NCBI GenBank assembly: GCA_038133845.1
Contig: JAYPUA010000007.1
Coordinates: forward strand, 7,042 to 71,041
DNA length: 64,000 nucleotides
Reading direction: 5' to 3'
DNA from: Deltaproteobacteria bacterium
Lineage (GTDB): Bacteria > SAR324 > NAC60-12
In this document: positions 60,725-64,000 of the stretch, piece by piece
How the letters are laid out: every line of letters starts with the position of its first letter
Numbering within the stretch: position 1 is the first letter of the stretch
Notes under the pieces: generated by a model
What the model was told of the DNA's origin: nothing
What the model saw: only the letters and a program-made list of their open reading frames with translations
The model's database searches: none
Translations under genes and position numbers: made by a program

Positions 60725-61201
60725 ATGGCTCAGCAGCACCTGTTCCGGACCGAGGTCATCCCGCAGTGGCTGGATTACAACGGACATGTCCGGGACTCCT
60801 ACCACACCGTGATCTTCAGTGACGCCGTGGACACATTTATGGATGCGATTGGGGTGGATGATGCCTACCGCAAGCGCACCCGGAAGACGCTCTACACGCT
60901 GGAGCTGCACACGATCTTTCTCAAGGAACTTCTGGAGAGGACTCCGTTGCAGGTGGAAACTCAGCTGCTGGCAGTGGATCACAAGCGCCTCCACCTGTGG
61001 CAGGGAATCCGGAACCTGAACGACCAGGTGCTGCATACGGTCCAGGAAACCATGATGCTGCACGTCAGCCAGGAGCCAACCCCTCCTCGCTCAGAACCCT
61101 TTCCGGGGGAGATTCAGCAGCGGGTCGACTCTTGGTGGCAGGAACATCGGGAGTTGCCCAATCCCTCCGTGCGAGCCTCGTGCATTGGCCTGAGGCGCTG
61201 A
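60725..61201 (+). CDS. Acyl-CoA thioesterase (4HBT/YbgC-like hot-dog)
   Basis: DYNGHV motif near the N-terminus typical of 4HBT-type thioesterases. Confidence 0.7.
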   Translation: MAQQHLFRTEVIPQWLDYNGHVRDSYHTVIFSDAVDTFMDAIGVDDAYRKRTRKTLYTLELHTIFLKELLERTPLQVETQLLAVDHKRLHLWQGIRNLNDQVLHTVQETMMLHVSQEPTPPRSEPFPGEIQQRVDSWWQEHRELPNPSVRASCIGLRR

Positions 61202-61235
61202 CGGGCGACCGTTCGCCCCAGATCCAAGATCTGGC

Positions 61236-61265
61236 TTGAACGTGCACCCAAAGAATTATTATACT
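61236..61265 (+). promoter_or_regulatory. Sigma70-like promoter for pntAB
   Basis: TTGAAC (61236-61241), an 18 nt spacer, then TATACT (61260-61265), about 75 nt upstream of the pntA ATG. Preceded by two back-to-back hairpins (GGGCGAccgtTCGCCC and CCAGATCcaaGATCTGG) after the thioesterase stop. Confidence 0.45.
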
Positions 61266-61341
61266 GCCAAACAGTTCACTCCCCGCCTGCGCTTAGCCAA
61301 AGCCGCACTTCACTCCATCGCACCCATCCACAGATGTCTCT

Positions 61342-62904
61342 ATGATTATTGGAGTTCCCAAAGAGGTTGTTTCTCAAGAACGGCGTGTCGCCGTGGTCCC
61401 CGGATCCGTCGGTAGCCTGAAAAAGCAGGGGTTCACAGTGCTTGTGGAGGCTGGGGCCGGAGAGGCGTCAAACTTCCCGGATGAGCTTTATCAAGAGGCC
61501 GGAGCTACGGTGGTGCAAACTCCTCAGGAGCTGTGGGAGCAAGCGGGCTTGATCCTCAAGATTCATCCCCCACAGAGACACCCGCAGTTGAAAAAGTCGG
61601 AGGTCCAGTTGATGCGCGAGGGGCAGGTGCTGGTTTGCCTCCTGGCTCCGGGGCAGAATGCCAAGCTCCTTGGCCAGCTTGCACGGAAAAAGGTTACGGC
61701 CCTCGCCCTGGATGCGATCCCGCGGATCTCCCGGGCCCAATCCATGGACGTCCTAAGCTCCATGGCGAACATTGCCGGATACCGTGCGGTTGTGGAGGCG
61801 GCCAATCACTTTGGACGCTTCTTTACCGGGCAGATCACGGCCGCCGGGAGGGTCCCTCCAGCCAAGGTGTTGGTGATTGGAGCTGGGGTTGCCGGGTTGG
61901 CAGCCATTGGAGCCGTGCAGAGCATGGGAGCGATCGTCCGAGCGTTTGATACGCGTCCGGCGGTGAAAGATGAGGTCCGCAGCCTTGGAGCAGAGTTTCT
62001 GGAGCTGGAGCTGGAAGAGGACGGCGCTGGAAGTGGGGGCTACGCCAAGGAGATGAGCGCCGCCTTCCTTGCGGCAGAGATGGCGCTTTTCCAGAAACAG
62101 GCTGAGGAGGTGGACATCATCATCACCACCGCAGCGATTCCCGGGAGGCCAGCCCCCAAGCTGATCACGGAGCAGATGGTCCGGAGCATGCGTCCGGGTT
62201 CGGTGGTTGTGGACCTTGCGGCAGAGACCGGAGGCAACTGTGAGTTGACCCAGCCCGGAGAGGTGGCTCAGGTTCATGGAGTGACCATCATTGGGACCAC
62301 CAACTTGCCTAGCCGGCTGCCCACACAGTCCAGCCAGCTCTACAGCAACAACCTGCTGCGGTTCCTGCAGCATCTGGGAGATGCCGAGAGCTTCCAGCTG
62401 GATCTTGAGGACGAGATCACGCGAGCCGTCACGGTGACGCATCAGGGAGAGACCCTCTGGCCCCCCCCAGCCCCGGAGCCTCCGGCCCCGCCGCAGCGCC
62501 CGGAGACCGCTTCAGCCAGCTCGCCGCCTGAAATCCCCACCCCCGAGCCTATCGAACCGTCGCTGTTGGAGAAGTTCTTCAACCGCAAGGTCGGCTACGT
62601 GTTTGCCGCCTTGCTGGTGCTGCTGATTGGAGCAGGTGGCTCCTCGGAGTTCCTCTCGCATCTGACGGTCTTTGTGCTGGCCTGCTTTGTGGGGTACATG
62701 GTGGTCTGGAACGTCGCACCTTCGCTGCACACGCCTCTGATGAGCGCTACCAACGCCATCAGCGGCATCATCGTCCTCGGAGGAATCATTCACCTTGCAG
62801 GCAGCAGCCCCTTGCTTTCTGCGCTGGCGGTGCTGATTGCAACGGTGAACATCGTCGGGGGCTTCATGGTTACCCACCGGATGTTGGGGATGTTCCGCAA
62901 ATGA
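61342..62904 (+). CDS. pntA: NAD(P) transhydrogenase subunit alpha
   Basis: Alanine-dehydrogenase/PNT N- and C-domains ([13 protein letters not shown] Rossmann). Pro-rich linker and C-terminal 4-TM segment. Confidence 0.9.
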   Translation: MIIGVPKEVVSQERRVAVVPGSVGSLKKQGFTVLVEAGAGEASNFPDELYQEAGATVVQTPQELWEQAGLILKIHPPQRHPQLKKSEVQLMREGQVLVCLLAPGQNAKLLGQLARKKVTALALDAIPRISRAQSMDVLSSMANIAGYRAVVEAANHFGRFFTGQITAAGRVPPAKVLVIGAGVAGLAAIGAVQSMGAIVRAFDTRPAVKDEVRSLGAEFLELELEEDGAGSGGYAKEMSAAFLAAEMALFQKQAEEVDIIITTAAIPGRPAPKLITEQMVRSMRPGSVVVDLAAETGGNCELTQPGEVAQVHGVTIIGTTNLPSRLPTQSSQLYSNNLLRFLQHLGDAESFQLDLEDEITRAVTVTHQGETLWPPPAPEPPAPPQRPETASASSPPEIPTPEPIEPSLLEKFFNRKVGYVFAALLVLLIGAGGSSEFLSHLTVFVLACFVGYMVVWNVAPSLHTPLMSATNAISGIIVLGGIIHLAGSSPLLSALAVLIATVNIVGGFMVTHRMLGMFRK

Positions 62905-62944
62905 AGACGACCCTTTTCCCATCACTTTCCCCAGAGCGAGGAGC

Positions 62945-64000
62945 ATGTCCCCAGGATTGATCACAGTCAGCTACATTGTGGCAAGCGTTCTGTTCATCCT
63001 CAGCATCGGTGGGCTGAGTCGGCAGGAAACGGCCAGGCGTGGAAACCTGCTGGGCATGATCGGGATGGGCCTGGCGGTTTTGGCAACGCTGTTTCTTCCA
63101 GAGTCCGGCAACTACCTGCTGCTGCTGATCGTTTTGCTCGGAGGAGCCTTTCTGGGATGGAAGGCTGCGACTCAGGTGGAGATGACCCAGATGCCGGAAA
63201 TGGTGGCCATTCTCAACAGCTTCGGAGGTCTGGCTGCAGCGCTGGTTGGCTTTGCGAGCTACCTCAATGCAGAGGGGATGACCGGAGCAGAACTGATCAT
63301 CCACGAGGTGGAAATTCTGCTGGGAGTGATCATCGGAACCTACACCTTCACCGGTTCCGTGGTGGCGTTTGGCAAGCTCAGCGGTCGCCTGAAGAGCAAG
63401 CCCCTTGTCCTGCCCCAGCGCCATCAGATCAACCTGGGAGGCTTGTCCGTGGCCCTGATTCTAGGGGCAATCCTGCTTTCCGGGACCACCTCTGAGCACT
63501 GGTTCATCCTGATGCTGGTCGCCCTTCTGGCAGGCGCCATCGGGGTGCACATGGTCATGGCGATTGGCGGGGCTGACATGCCGGTGGTCGTCTCGATGCT
63601 CAACAGCTATTCCGGACTCTCCGCCGCCATGGCGGGGTTCATGCTCTCCAACAACCTGCTGATTGTCACCGGGGCGCTGGTCGGCAGCAGCGGAGCGATC
63701 CTCAGCTACATCATGTGCGTGGGAATGAACCGTCCCTTCCTCAGCGTGATCTCAGGAGGCTGGGGGGTGGAAGAGGGCACCGTGCTGGCCTCAACCGGGC
63801 AGTCTGGAGAGGCAATCCCGACCACTGCGGAGGAAGTCGCCGAGCACCTTCGGACTTCCCGGAGCGTGGTGATTGTTCCGGGATACGGAATGGCTGTGGC
63901 TCAGGCACAGCACGTGGTGCAAGACATCACCGAGACCCTGCGGGCCACAGGGGTGCAGGTCCGGTTTGCGATCCATCCGGTCGCTGGGAGGATGCCCGGA
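62945..64000 (+). CDS. pntB: NAD(P) transhydrogenase subunit beta, 5' portion running to the window end
   Basis: Manual translation from the ATG at 62945: MSPGLITVSYIVASVLFILSIGGLS... a multi-TM PntB N-terminal domain followed by the start of the NADP-binding domain. No stop before the window end. Confidence 0.85.
   Translation, partial: MSPGLITVSYIVASVLFILSIGGLSRQETARRGNLLGMIGMGLAVLATLFLPESGNYLLLLIVLLGGAFLGWKAATQVEMTQMPEMVAILNSFGGLAAALVGFASYLNAEGMTGAELIIHEVEILLGVIIGTYTFTGSVVAFGKLSGRLKSKPLVLPQRHQINLGGLSVALILGAILLSGTTSEHWFILMLVALLAGAIGVHMVMAIGGADMPVVVSMLNSYSGLSAAMAGFMLSNNLLIVTGALVGSSGAILSYIMCVGMNRPFLSVISGGWGVEEGTVLASTGQSGEAIPTTAEEVAEHLRTSRSVVIVPGYGMAVAQAQHVVQDITETLRATGVQVRFAIHPVAGRMPG

Overview
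High-GC bacterial chromosomal segment, about 64 kb, from a diderm organism: several outer-membrane beta-barrels end in a C-terminal Phe, and both SD-containing and SD-less starts are used. Most genes are densely packed housekeeping genes. Recognised with confidence: the 3' end of malQ, engB, ndk, hisH, hisB, HMG-CoA lyase, an orphan gspF/pilC-like gene, der, gyrB, recF, dnaN (with no dnaA upstream), a PPTase, xthA, serA, a short parC/gyrA-family subunit, pyk, rlmN, ureG, ureD, pyrB, ruvB, a class I DAHP synthase, a cysteine desulfurase, manC-like, an Mrp/ApbC ATPase, murF, clpB preceded by a perfect CIRCE operator, and pntA plus the start of pntB. No tRNA, rRNA, CRISPR array, transposase or integrase was detected. 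The most unusual feature is a run of four translationally coupled genes at 33301-40095: a papain/C39-like Cys peptidase, a RimK-type ATP-grasp ligase with a roughly 200 aa N-terminal (RLAN-like) extension, a GCS2/YbdK-family carboxylate-amine ligase, and an 1134 aa GlnD-family nucleotidyltransferase/HD/ACT protein. This looks like an uncharacterised peptide-synthesis or protein-modification module with a nucleotidylyl-signalling component. Secondary observations: an orphan ureG-ureD pair with no urease structural genes nearby; a coupled OM-barrel/FecR-domain/repeat-lipoprotein operon; tandem paralogous small OM barrels; an AT-rich, inverted-repeat-laden dnaN upstream region; a duplicated-domain CDP-alcohol phosphatidyltransferase; an orphan FliN/SpoA-domain protein; and a short GyrA/ParC-like subunit.
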